This document shows, piece after piece, positions 32,932 to 44,348 of a stretch of 64,000 nt of DNA (its first letter is position 1; every line of letters begins with the position of its first letter). Under the pieces are notes generated by a model that did no database searches, was not told where the DNA came from, and saw only the letters and a list, made by a program, of their open reading frames with translations. A program made the position numbers and the translations under genes. This DNA comes from Pelagomonas calceolata (Eukaryota). The stretch lies in contig CAKKNE010000002.1 of NCBI GenBank assembly GCA_918797485.1, forward strand, positions 1,674,001 to 1,738,000. The letters run 5' to 3'.

Positions 32932-33560
32932 TTACGCGAGCAGGAGCGCGAGGACGGCTGCGGCGACGCCGAGGGGCGTCGCGGCCGCGCCGTCTGAGCC
33001 CTCCGCGGGCGCGGGCGGCGCGACCACGGGCGGGGGCGCGGCCGTTGGCTTCGTCGTCGGCGCGACCGGCGCCGCCGTCGGTGCGGGCGAGGGCGCCAGC
33101 AGCGCGTAGCCGCGGGTCCCGTCGCGGAGGCACGCGTCGTCGGCGGCGCGAACGGCCGCACCGTCGGCGCCCTCAATCTCGATGACCTTCATCATACCTT
33201 GATCCGAATGGACATAGTTGTGGCAGTGGACGACCATCGGCCCGGCGAAACGGTCGGTGTAGAACCGGAGGCCTGCGCTCCGCGAGGGCTCGAAGAGCGT
33301 GTCGTGCCAGTCGCCAACGCGGAAGTAGTTCGCGTCCCGCGCGCCGATGCTCGTGAGCTGGAAGTGGTTCACATGGAGGTGTATGGCATGCTCGTTGAGC
33401 GAGTCCGCGACGACGTCCACGAGCGTGCCCGCCGGCACCCGGTTCCATCGCTTGTCTGGTTCCTCAGGGAACCCGCCGCCCCAGTCGCCCACGCTGAGGA
33501 AGAGAGTCGCGTCCGGCGTCTCGGCGCGCGTGTCGCTCAGGTAGCACGGCCGCTCCGTGG
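32932..33560 (-). pseudogene. Multicopper oxidase, C-terminal cupredoxin domain plus GPI-like tail; 5' part missing
   Basis: HAIHLHVNHF, GDWHDT, HCHNYVHSDQGMM; Pro/Thr/Ala stalk and hydrophobic tail; no ATG, signal peptide or N-terminal Cu motifs. Confidence 0.75.
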
Positions 33561-34285
33561 CGACTCGCCCCACGCCTGGGACGACGGGCGCCGCGCCGCA
33601 CGCCTGGGACGAGGGCGTCGCGTTCTACGCCGGGTCCCTCGAGGGCGAGGCCGGCACGGGCTCCGGCGGCCAGCTCCTGCACAACCTCGCGCAGAAGCGC
33701 TGCGGCCGCATGGACACGTGCGACGCCGACGGCATGGCCGAGGCGAACGTGGAGATCTACAAGCTCTTCGACCAGGGCCGCGACGAGATCCAGGCCGAAA
33801 AGTGCGAGGAAGCGGCGGCCACGCTCAAAAAGATCATCCCGCTCATGACGCTGCCGCTCGTCCAGGGCACGGTCGAGTACGCGTACAAGTCGGACCCGAA
33901 GTCGACGTACGACTGCAAGCACCAGGCCGAGGGCGAGCGGGACTGCCTCAAGGAGTGGGCCGAGGGCTGGGCCTTCGCGGCGGCGGCGCTCCCGCAGATC
34001 GCCAAGTGCGACGCCGACGCCGCCGAGGTCGTCCGCAAGAACCTCGAGGTGCCGCCCGCGGGGGGCAAGGCGGGCGACCAGGTCCCGGACGGCTACATGA
34101 AGGTCAAGGAGGCCGTCGAGGGCACGTACGAGTGCCTCGGCATCACGTGCGAGCAGGTCGGCGTGTTCGACGCGGAGAATTCCGGCATGGAGGTGTGCAC
34201 GGGCGGCGGCAGCTCCGACGCCGCGCTGGGCCTCCGCGCGTCCCTCCTCGCGGCGCTCGCGGCGCTCGCTGCCTACGCGCTCTAG
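33561..34285 (+). pseudogene. ISIP2A: ISIP2A/FEA1 (phytotransferrin-like) C-terminal half; 5' part missing
   Basis: HAWDEGVAFYAGSL, LAQKRC, MTLPLVQG..EYAY, EGWAFAAAALPQ match the full copies at 39-42 kb; no start codon. Confidence 0.75.
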
Positions 34286-34487
34286 ACGCGACCGCGCCCT
34301 TCCCTTCCCCACGACCTACTAAAAACGCATCAGCGCGTTAGAAGTTCCCTAGCAGATCGTACGCTAGATAGAGCATACATACTAGTCTTACTCAGGGCGA
34401 GAGGCACTCAGCAGTGCTTTTGCGCGCGCCGCGACGCAGCCAAACGGCTTGGGGCTGCCAGCACGCAACTTCACGCCAGTCAATTTC

Positions 34488-37400
34488 ATGGGGGATGACG
34501 GCTGCGCCGCGGGCCGGGGCGCGACGCCGTCGGAGATCGTGTGGGTGCTCGCCCCGGTCATAGCAATCGTCTGCGCCATGGCCTTCTTCGGCGCGCGGCG
34601 CTTCGGGCTGATCGGCGGGCGCCCGGCGGCGGCGGACCGGCGCCCCGAGGCGTTCGCCGCCGACCTGGTCGTCTCGCACCCCCTGAAGGTCATCGCCCTC
34701 AACGTGTGGCTGATCACTGCGCTGTCGGTCCTGTGTGGAAATCGATTGGATCGTGGGAGGTGATTTCCACACAGGTCAGTCTCGGCCTTCGTCGACGTCG
34801 GCTGCGGCGAGCTGCGCGAGTCCATCGACGTGCTGCTGGACGTGGACGCCTACACGAAGGCGGACAATCGCGCGTCGGAGTGGTACTCCGCGTTCGAGGC
34901 CGCGAAGGCCGACACGCGGTACTGTACCGGGAGGTTGACGCGGCGGCGCCTCGGGGAGTCGTCCGGCGCCCGCATCGACACGCTCACGCTGGTGTACCTG
35001 CGGAAACCGCTGCACCAGGACGCTATTCGGTCGCCCGCGCTCCACGACGCGCAGCGGGTCGAGAAGGATTTGATCCTCACCGTCTTTGGGGGCCAGGGCT
35101 GGCGCGACCACTGCCTCCCCTTGCACTGGAACGACACAGCTTCTTCACGAGTCTGCGCGCCCTGGGCGCGCGACTCGAGCGTTCCCTACTACTGGACGGG
35201 CTCGGGACTCACGACGGACTCGAAATTGCGAGACGTGGAACAGGTCACGACCTGGATGGCCCAGACGGGCGTCGGCAACGCGTTCTTCTCGGCGAATTTT
35301 GGGACCGTCCGCCCGGGGTCGGAGATTGTGCGCTCCACGTTCACGTTCTTGGCCACGGACGAGGTCGAGTTCAAGACGTGGCTCGTCGACCACGTCTGGC
35401 CGAAAATACTCCAGGAATGGGAGACGTCGTCGTCGTCGATGCGGCTGCTGTGGCTGCAGGGCGACATCAACGACGCGGAGGTGGCGTCCGCGCTGGGGCT
35501 CGACATGGTGCTTTGCGGCATCGCGCTGGTGCTTGTGTTCGCGGCGCTCATCGCGCACATGCGCTCGCCGGTGCTGGCGATCGTCGCGATGGGCCAGGTC
35601 CTGGTGTCGATCCCCGTCGCGCAGTACTTCTACCTGCGCGTCTTCGACGTCTACATCATCTACCTGCTGAACTTTCTCAGCGTGTTCATCGTGGCGGGCA
35701 TCGGCGCCGACGACGCGTTCCTGTTTTTCGACACGCTCGCGCAGACCATGGTCGAGCGGCAGCACAAGCGGGACGGGCTCCGGCGCGTGACGGCGCTCCA
35801 AGACTACAAGGGCGACCGCAAGGACGAGCTGAGCTTCAAGACGGGCGACGTATTGATCGTCGAAGACGAGGCCGGCGACGGCTGGTGGCGCGGCCGCCTG
35901 GCCGTCGGCGTCGGCAAGTTCCCCGCAAGGTACGTCGCGCCCTGCGAGGGGCCGCGGCGTGTCACTGCGATCGTCGACCGTAGTCCCCGATGTCGTACGG
36001 AAGAGGGCGAGCTCTTCTTCCAGACGGGCGCCAATATCCTGGTGGAGGACGACTCGGACGCGACGACGTGGCGCGGGTCCCTCGAGACCGGGGGCGCCTC
36101 CGGCCGGTTCCCGGCCGCGAACGTCGTCGGCGGGAAGCGCTACAAGGCCAGGTTCGACTGCGACGCCGACGCGCCCGACGAGCTCGGCTTCTACGAAGGC
36201 GACGTCATCGAGGTCTCCGATCAATCGGACCCGGACTGGTGGGTCGGGTCCCTAGTGCACGCCAAGGGCGTCTTCCCGGCGACGCACGTGGCCGCCGACG
36301 ACGAGACGGAGGCGTTCGACGCCGTCGGGCGCCACGCGCTCGCGGAGGCGTACCGGCGCGCCGGCGCGTCGATGGCGACGACGTCGGTCACGTCGGCGGC
36401 CGCCTTCTATGCGCTCGCCGTGTCGGAGCTGCCAGCGATCCAGGCGTTCGGCATCTTCACGGGCACGCTCATCATGGTCAACTTCGTCCTCGTCGTCTCG
36501 GTCTTTCCCGCCGTACTGGTCCTCTTCCCGCGCTCGCTGCGCGCGGGCCGCCCGAAGCCGGCGGAGCTTCCCATCGTGGACGCGGAGAACGCGACGCCGG
36601 CGCCCGACCGGCCCCAGAAAGACGTGCTCAACCCCCTGGTCCGGGGCCTCGGCCAGAACGTGCGGAAGTTCCTCGACCGGCCAGCCGTCAAGTACGTGAC
36701 GAGCTCGCTGCACGCCGCGCAGGAAAAAGTTGGAAGGGGTCTGGACCGCGTGTCCGAGGCGATCGCGCCCAGCTCGAAACGCGGAAGGTTCCTCGACCGC
36801 GACCGCGCGGGAGGCTCGCGGTGGCGCCAGACGCTCCAGGCAGAGGTTGACGCCGGCAAGATGGGCTGCCTCGACCGCTTCTTTGGCGTGAGCCTACCCG
36901 GCATTCTCGTAAAGCGCGCGGGGCTGATCGCGGTGCTCACGGTCGCGATGTTGGTCGCCGCCGCGCTGAGCGTAGGGCTCGTCGCGTCCGTCGACTACGC
37001 GCCGCCGCGCTTCTTTCGGCGCGACCACAACCTGGGCCTCGTCTATCAAATCCGGGACAAGTACTTCCCGGCGGACGGCGGCGTCGCGACGCTGCTCGGG
37101 GAGGCCGCCGGCGACGAAAACTACGAGTACGGTTCAGCGACCCAGCGCGGGACGGGTGGCTACGACGAGACGCAGTGGAGCCCGCAGTGCTCCGACAAGG
37201 TCGGCACGAACGGCGAAATATGCTCCGGGCACGGCACCTGCGCCCACACGACCGGGTTTTGTCAGTGTTACGACGGCTACATGGGCTTGATGTGTGATTC
37301 TCTTGACGAGGAGTACACGGAATCGCCAGTGTCATCGCCGCCGACGGTAACGCCCCGCCCGACGCCGACGCCGGTGCCAACGGTCAAATTCGGCGCACCG

Positions 37401-38912
37401 ACGCCAAGCCCGAACGCGGCGGTCGCGGGCCCGTCGACGACGCCTGCGCCGGCGGCGGGCGCCGCGCCCGCGCCCGCGCCCTCGCCCGCGTCGCCCTCGC
37501 CCGCGTCGCCCTCGCCCGGCTCGCCCTCGCCCGGCCCTCCCTCGGGGGATTCGGGAGGCGGTGCCGCTTCGGTGTGCAGCGAGAACGCGTGCGGCCGCTG
37601 CTCGTGCAACTCGAATGGCTGTCAGACGGCAGATGGCGCGTGCGATTGCTTCCCGGACTACCGTGGCGATAAATGCGAGTTCTATTACCCCTTCGACCTC
37701 CAGCACACGATCACGCTAGACGTCGTGCAGGGCGTGCGGTCGCGGCCCGGCCGCCAGTCGGACGCGCATCCGCACGGCCGACCGCGGTACTGGCGGTCGT
37801 ACGACTGGTCCAACCCGAACGTGCAGATCTTCGCGCGCGACGCGTGCGCCGACCACGCCAAACACTCGCATCTCAAAATGCGCCGCGAGGACTCGGCCTG
37901 TATTGTTGAAATATTCGAAGCCTCCTGGCTCGTCCCGAAGCAAAAGGCGTTGCCGCTCTCGCCGTTTGAGTTCGAGACGGAGTTCCTGGCCTACGTCGAC
38001 AGCAACCCCACGGTAGGCCTTGGCGGTGACTCGATCCTCGACTACGTCGGCGTCGACTGCGACGCCGGAGGCGCGCGGACGGTCCGCTGGATGCGGGACC
38101 GAATCCTCTTGGACGTGCGGCCGGACGCAGCGCTTTCGACGCGCGCCGAGATCTACCGGAACTGGGTGCGGTACCTGCGCCGCCGCGACCACGGAAAGCC
38201 GCACGGCGCCACGCGCTCGGTGCTCTCGTCCAATAACTATGTGCTCACGGCGCTGGTCGGCGGCGTCATCCGCGACACATTGATCGGCGCCGCCGTTGCG
38301 CTCGCGTGCGCGTACCTCTGCGTCCTCGTCGCGTCGGGCTCGCTCGGCCACACGACGCTCGTCTTCTCGCTGGTCGTCGCCGAGTGCCTCGTGCTCACGT
38401 TCACGGTCACGTGCCTGCTGGGCTACGAGATCGGCATCATCGAGGCGGTCTCGATGCCCATCTTCCTGGGTCTGTCCATCGACTACTCGTTCCACGTCGA
38501 CCACGCCTACCGCGTCGCGGCGCACGACAACCCCAACGCCGAGCCGGCGAGGCTCGTGCGGCGCGCGCTGGAGACCGTCGGCGCTCCAGTCTTCGCGGCG
38601 GCGTTGACGACGTTCTCGTCGACGTTCGTCCTCATCTTCGCGCGGCTCCTGCCGTTCTCGAGGCTTGGCGTCATCGCGTCGATCAACACGACCTACGCGG
38701 CCCTGACGGCCCTCGTCGTCCTCCCGTGCTTCCTGCACCTGATGCCGTGCCTCCGGCGAGAGCAGGGCTGTTGGCAACGACCGCGGCCAAAACTACAGAA
38801 GCTCGCGCGGCGCTCGCGTAGCCTTCTGCGCAGCCTCAGCCCGGCGCCCCGCCCCCGGACGCGGCCGGCGGATCTCGAGATGAAGCTCGTCAAAATCACG
38901 CCCGGCGTATGA
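34488..38912 (+). CDS. Patched/Dispatched-like RND (sterol-sensing domain) membrane protein with 3 SH3 and 2 EGF-like domains; intron 34724-34774
   Basis: TM4 AGIGADDAF and TM10 [12 protein letters not shown]3 motifs ALQDY...ELSF..GD...GWW...GKFP..YV (x3); CSGHGTC...CQC..GYMG..C. Confidence 0.85.
34724..34774 (+). mobile_element. Minimal 51-nt introner intron
   Basis: gtcggtc/gtcagtc duplication; ctgtgtggaaatc...gatttccacacag with almost no internal sequence. Confidence 0.85.
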
Positions 38913-39342
38913 GATTAAGTGCACCGCGGTCAGAATAGAACATACACCTGGGAACACATAGTTCCATACGACGGAGGCCCCATCCAGCCCCCGGCGGCTT
39001 GCGGAGGGTACTAGGGTGCCAGCCCGAGGGCGCTGTTCTCTCGCATTTATCACGCCGGTCCAAAAGGGCTACTACTAGTTGTGTGAGCTCGTTGGCGTGG
39101 CGCCGGAGCCGATATGCTTCCTGCCGAAGACATCCCCCGGCTTCCTGTCCTGGGGGCGCCACTCCCCCGTCGAGGGACGTGGCCCGTCGTGGGCGTCGCC
39201 AGCACAAGTTTGCGCCAGCCCTGGGCGTCCTCAGGTCCTACTAGGCTATGTCCACTACCTCCGCTAAGGCCAGCAGCTACACGGCCACCCGGGCACTAAG
39301 GGGGGGGGGCGCGCGCGCGAGGGGGGGTTGGAAGTAGGGGGG

Positions 39343-40856
39343 CTACGCGATAAACGCAAGCGCGGCGCCGGCCAGCGCGGCGCCGGCGACTTCGCCGGCG
39401 CGGCGCGCGGCCGCGTCCGACATCGGAACGGCGCTGTTGGAATCCGCACAGTTCGAGAATTCGCAGAACGTAGGCCGCGGCGTCTGCGGCGACGGCGTTG
39501 GCGCGGGTGCCGGGGGGTCCGCACACGCGTCCATGCCCGAGTAGACGATGCCGCTGGCCTGGAATTCACCGACGTCGGCGCAGGTGATGCCGAGGCACGC
39601 GTAAACGCTCTCGACGGCGGTCTTCACCGCCGCGACGCCGTCCTTCATCGGCTCCGCCGCCTCGACGTCGAGGTTGTCTCGGATAGTCGTGGCGGCCGCC
39701 GCGTCACACTGAGCAATCTGCGGGAGTACGGCCGCGGAGAAGGCCCAGCCCTCGGCCCAGGACTTCGCGCAGTCCTTGCTGTTGGTAGCGTCGTTGGTGG
39801 CGACGGTGGCGGCGTCATTTCCGGCCTGGCCGGCGCACGAGTCGCCGTTCACCGGGTCTGCCTTCCACGCGTACTTCAGCAGGCCCTGTGTGTGCATTTA
39901 TGATTGATGAGAGTTGCGGTCGCGTCCACGAGATCGCACGACCCCCACGCCATCGAGCAGACAGCTTTCGCGTCTATAGCCTCGCCGAAGGCGCGAGAAG
40001 GGAGTTCCGACACCGACGGCGCGCCTGGACGAGCGGCACGGTCATCTGGCTGACGATGCTGTGGAACGAGGCGGCGAGGCGCGCGTCGTCGCAGTAGGTC
40101 CCCCCGTGGATCGTCAGGTCGCGGCCCAACGTCGAGTGCTCGTTCAAAATGCGATCGTTGACGTTGGCGAGGGTGCTGCTGTCCGCGCCAGTCGCGCACG
40201 TCCCGAAATCCGCGCAGCGCTTCTGTGCGAGGTTGTAGAGGAGGTTACCCGTGCTGGCGACGTCTGCCGGGACAGACGTCTGGCCCTCCATTGACCCGAC
40301 GTAGTGGGCCATACCCTTGTCCCAGTCGTTCGTGGAGCACTGGCTCCGTCCCACGTCGAACGAGTGGGCCGCGTACATCCAGACGCCCTGGTAGGCGATG
40401 CCCTTCTTGATGAGCTCCTTCCTCATCGCGTCCGGGAGCGAGCCCGTGTACGCTCCCTCGACGAACGCGTCGGCGTAGTCGTACCCGTTGTTCCAGTAGT
40501 CCTTGTAGACGGGCCACCACTTGTCGCTCGCCATGGAAGTCGCACCCGGCTTGGACAGGCTCGCGAGCGTCTGGACTCCGTTGGTGCCGCCCTGGTACTT
40601 GGCCATCGCGCCGGCGAGGTCGTCGGCCGTCAGTTCTGCGAGGATCTCTTCCATGTCGAGGTCGATCCGGGCATCGGCCTCCACATTGGTCTCCGGGCGG
40701 TAGGTTGTGAGAAGAGGGTAGCTCCTGCGTGGGGGCGGCGAGGGTGGCGGCTCCTGCGGGGGCCGGCGGGCCGGCGAGGGCGCGCGAGACGCACCCGAGA
40801 GCAGGGCTGGCCGCGAGGGCGCATGCGAGCACCGCGCGAAAGGTCCGCCCCATCAT
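39343..40856 (-). CDS. ISIP2A: ISIP2A/FEA1 phytotransferrin-like protein (divergent copy); introns 40725-40794 and 39886-40024
   Basis: Signal peptide; ARIDLDM, YADAFV, KKGIAYQGVWMY, LAQKRCADFGT, MTVPLVQG..KYA, EGWAF; GPI-like tail. Confidence 0.85.
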
Positions 40857-41187
40857 CTTGGCTTGTTGAGTGTGGCGGCGCTTCCTTGAGCAGCGGCGGC
40901 CCTCCTGAGTCAAACAACCCGCACAGAAACTCGACACATGTACAGCAAGCAAGCATACTTAGCCTGGACTGTAGTGCTCACAATTTCGCTGAGCCCGGAC
41001 AGCTCGGACGGCTGAGTCCCGGCGGCAACTTGAGCGATGCCCGCCGCGCCGTCCGGACCGTGGTCACGAAAACCACCTAGCATCAGTGCAAAGGGTTTCG
41101 GACTCCTTATGCGGGAGTCCGGGGCCTAGCATCGGGGGGGGGGGAGGCGGTACTTGGCGGGGACGGCCCGGGCGGGGGTCCTCAAAC

Positions 41188-42652
41188 TCAAAGGAGGAGC
41201 GCCGCACCCGCGGCCGCGGCCGCGGCGCCGAGCGCGAGCGCGGGCGCCGTGGCGTCGTCCGAGGCGGGCGCCTCGCAACCGGCCACGGGGATGGGCGCGG
41301 CGGTGGCGGGGAAATTGGCGGAGCACGTGGCCAAAGCCGGCTTCGCGGGGATGGCGGTGCACGCTTCCGCGCCAGCGTAGACGACGCCGCTGCTCTGGAA
41401 CGCACCGATGTCGGCACAGGTCACGCCCAGCTTGGTGTAGCAAGATTCGATGGCCGTCTTGACGGTGGCAAAGCCGCACTTCATCGGCTCGTTCGCCCCG
41501 GCGTCGAGGTTGTGGCGGACCACGGAAGCCACCTCGGGGTCGCACTGGTCGAGCTGCGGGAGCAGAGCCGCGGCGAACGCCCAGCCCTCGGTCCACGACT
41601 TGACGCAATCGTCGCTGGCGGTCAGGGCGGTCTTGCCGGCGTCGGCGGAGCAGTCGCCAGCGTTCGCCGGGTCCGCCTTCCACGCGTACTTGATCGTGCC
41701 CTGGATGAGCGGGATCGTCATCTTCTTGATAATATCATCGATGACGGGCTCGGCACCGGCGCAGTCAGCGGCAATGATTTTGTCGCGGCCACTCTTGAAA
41801 TCGGTAACAAGTCCGACGTTCGCCTTGGACGGACCGGTGGTGTCGAGGGTGCCGAAGTCTTTCCCGCGCTTCTCCGAGAGCTCCCAAATCAACGTGCCCT
41901 CCTTCTGAAGGCCCGTGCCTTCCATGGCCGAGTCGGCCGCCGTCGCCGCGACCAGAGAGCCGGCGTAGAAGGCCCAGCCCTCGTCCCACGCGTGCGGCGC
42001 GCCGCCGGTCGGGGTCGCGTCGTTGGCGGTGATGTCACCGGCGTAGCAGTCGCCGATGGCGTCCTCAAGCTCGTGGAGCACGTACATCCAGACCGCCTGG
42101 TAGTTGGCGCCCTTCTTCATGAGCTCGGCCCGCCCGTTGTCTTTGACGTTCGTGTAGGTATTCGTGACGAACGAGTCCGCCCACGCCCAGTCGTTCCAGT
42201 AGCAGGCGTAGATCGGGGGCAACTTCTCACCGTACTTGCCTCCGTCCGTGCCCCGGAGTTTGGCCGTAGAGTAATCCTTCGTCGCGAAGCCCTTGAGCGT
42301 GCGGATCGAATCGGACTTGCGGGAGTTGCCATAGGCGGCGCCCGCCGCGCAGCCGGCGCCGTTGTCGTTGGCGTTCACGCATGTCCCGTTGCCGCCGAAC
42401 TCGTAGATGCGGAGCGCCTCGGCGAAGCCGGCGGTGGTCTTATACCCGACCTGTTTCTCGAACTCCTCCATGTCGAGGTCGATCATCGCGTGGGGTCCGA
42501 CGTCCGAGGCGGAGTCGTAGCCGGCCATCGACTGGTGCGAGCTGCGCGGGGGGGGAAGTGAAAAAAGACGCGCGGGGCTCGGCGCTGTCGACGCACCCAA
42601 CCTGCGCGGCAGCGCCGCCCAAGAGGGCAGCTACGAGGGTGATGCGCAGCAT
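41188..42652 (-). CDS. ISIP2A: ISIP2A/FEA1 phytotransferrin-like low-iron-inducible protein; intron 42542-42596
   Basis: AGYDSASDVGPHAMIDLD, RTLKGFA, WMYVLHELEDAIGDC, HAWDEGWAFYAGSL, MTIPLIQG, EGWAFAAALLPQ; signal peptide and GPI-like tail. Confidence 0.9.
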
Positions 42653-42728
42653 GTTTTAGGTGCTTTGCGGTCGGTTTTAGCGGTCGCTGCCCAGAGAAAA
42701 CAGCGCCAGCTCTTTTTTAGCACTTTTG

Positions 42729-42744
42729 GCACGTGCGCACGTGC
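42729..42744. promoter_or_regulatory. Tandem GCACGTGC-GCACGTGC boxes ~80 bp upstream of the ISIP2A ATG
   Basis: Two abutting perfect 8-bp palindromes. Confidence 0.55.
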
Positions 42745-43037
42745 TTGCCCCGCACTTTTCTGCCGCAGAACCCGAGGCGCACGAGAGAGTCCTATAGGTA
42801 AGATACTATATATGAGGATCATTACGGCCAAGATAAGACGGCATACAAGGCCTCGGCCGTTTCTAAACATACGCTTCGCCACTACAGGCCAACTCCTACG
42901 AGGGGGTTTAGTCCCTAGTCCCTAGCATAAGCTCCCCCCAACTCCTGCGCTTTACCGCACCCAAGTAAAAGGCACCTACAACCGAGAGAATTACAAAACC
43001 GCCCAAAGATCGTACAACCTGGACGGGCCAAGTACCC

Positions 43038-44018
43038 TCAGAGCTCGCTCTGTGGTTTTCCACTGCGCGCGCGCAGGGCTGGGTGGTCGATGGACAGGTC
43101 CAGGACGACGCGGTCGCGCGCGCCCGCGTGGACGACGTCGTGCTCGTAGGAGTCGTCGAAGAGCACGACCTTCCCCTGGACCCAGGCGCCCGCCCGCGCC
43201 GTGCCCGCGACCGTCAGCGTGAGCCTTTCGACGTCGGCCGCGTCGACGACCAGGCCGAGGTGCAGCGTCCAGCGGCGGTTCGTCGGGCCCGTGTGCGGCC
43301 GGATGGCGGAGCCAGGCTCGAGCCGCGAGATCCCCGCGGCTTGGAGGCCGCACGCCCTTTTTAGGGCCGCCACCGCCCTGTCGATCGTCGGCCGGCTCAC
43401 CTCTAAGGTAGAATCGTCGACGTCGGCGTAGGACCATTTCGGTTTCGCGGGGTCCTGGAGGCCCTCGTGCTGCTCGTAGCCCCGCGCTTCCAGAAGCGCG
43501 AGCGCCTCGGCGCGGAACGCAGCGCCGTCTTTGGCGTACGCGCGCTCCAAATCGGCGATGCATGCACGCACGGGCGGCGGCGCCTCCGGCCAGCCGCCTA
43601 AGGAAGGCAGCTCCGCGTCGAACTCGCCCGGCCGCTGGAGCGGGTCCCTCCACACCCCGCGCGCCATGGCGTCGTCTAGCACGCGGGCGGCGCGGTCCGG
43701 GCTGTCGTATAGCATCAGCGCCGTGTAGTACTTCGCAGTGAGCGGCCCATCGTCAGGTGCGAGCGCCCAGGCGGCGCCGAGGAGGCGCGGCGCCCGACGC
43801 GCGTCGGACGCGCGGTACGCGTCTTGGCCGGCCTTGGCCACGCGCAGCGCCCACGCGCCGACGTCCTCGACGCAGGGCAGGTCTTGCTGGCGCGCGACGG
43901 CGAGGTGCCGCTGCGCGGCGTCCACGTCGAGACGCTGCGCCGCCGTGATAGCCTCATCGCAGGGCGATGCTGCGGCGGCGGGGCAGCAGCAGCAGAGGAC
44001 CGCCGCGGCCCTGCGCAT
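43038..44018 (-). CDS. AspH family beta-hydroxylase, copy B (intronless)
   Basis: Catalytic half nearly identical to copy A; signal peptide; C-terminal QSEL. Confidence 0.88.
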   Translation of the reverse strand: MRRAAAVLCCCCPAAAASPCDEAITAAQRLDVDAAQRHLAVARQQDLPCVEDVGAWALRVAKAGQDAYRASDARRAPRLLGAAWALAPDDGPLTAKYYTALMLYDSPDRAARVLDDAMARGVWRDPLQRPGEFDAELPSLGGWPEAPPPVRACIADLERAYAKDGAAFRAEALALLEARGYEQHEGLQDPAKPKWSYADVDDSTLEVSRPTIDRAVAALKRACGLQAAGISRLEPGSAIRPHTGPTNRRWTLHLGLVVDAADVERLTLTVAGTARAGAWVQGKVVLFDDSYEHDVVHAGARDRVVLDLSIDHPALRARSGKPQSEL

Positions 44019-44348
44019 GCCTTGGCCTCACGCACCCGTCTGAACAATCAGGTGGCTGCCGAGAGAAACGCCCGGGCAGGTGGGCAGCCGGACTTCCCTG
44101 AAGTCCAGTCCACGATTGTGCTCGTGATCGATCGAGCGCGCTCGGGAGCTACAAGCTCGGCTCCCCTCCCTCGGGGGGCATTAGAGCTATGTAGGAGAGC
44201 TATGTAGCATCAGACTCAGCACCTACGGGTTTCACAGACAAGCCCCTGATTCGAAACTTCTGGGATTCCGCAATATGGGACGGGCTAAGGGGGGGTCTCT
44301 CATTCTATCGATTTCTAAAAATAAATGAGGACGATATATGCGCTTAAA

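Noticed and set aside
32932..33560. Calling the multicopper oxidase a FET3 ferroxidase
   Set aside because: Only the last domain is present, no FTR1 permease is in the window, and substrate cannot be assigned.
1156..42561. Many long R/A/G/P-rich ORFs (e.g. 1156-2103, 21872-23002, 25142-26785, 29996-31507, 34541-35983, 41086-42561)
   Set aside because: Shadow or antisense frames of real genes; stop codons are rare at this GC content and no motifs are present.
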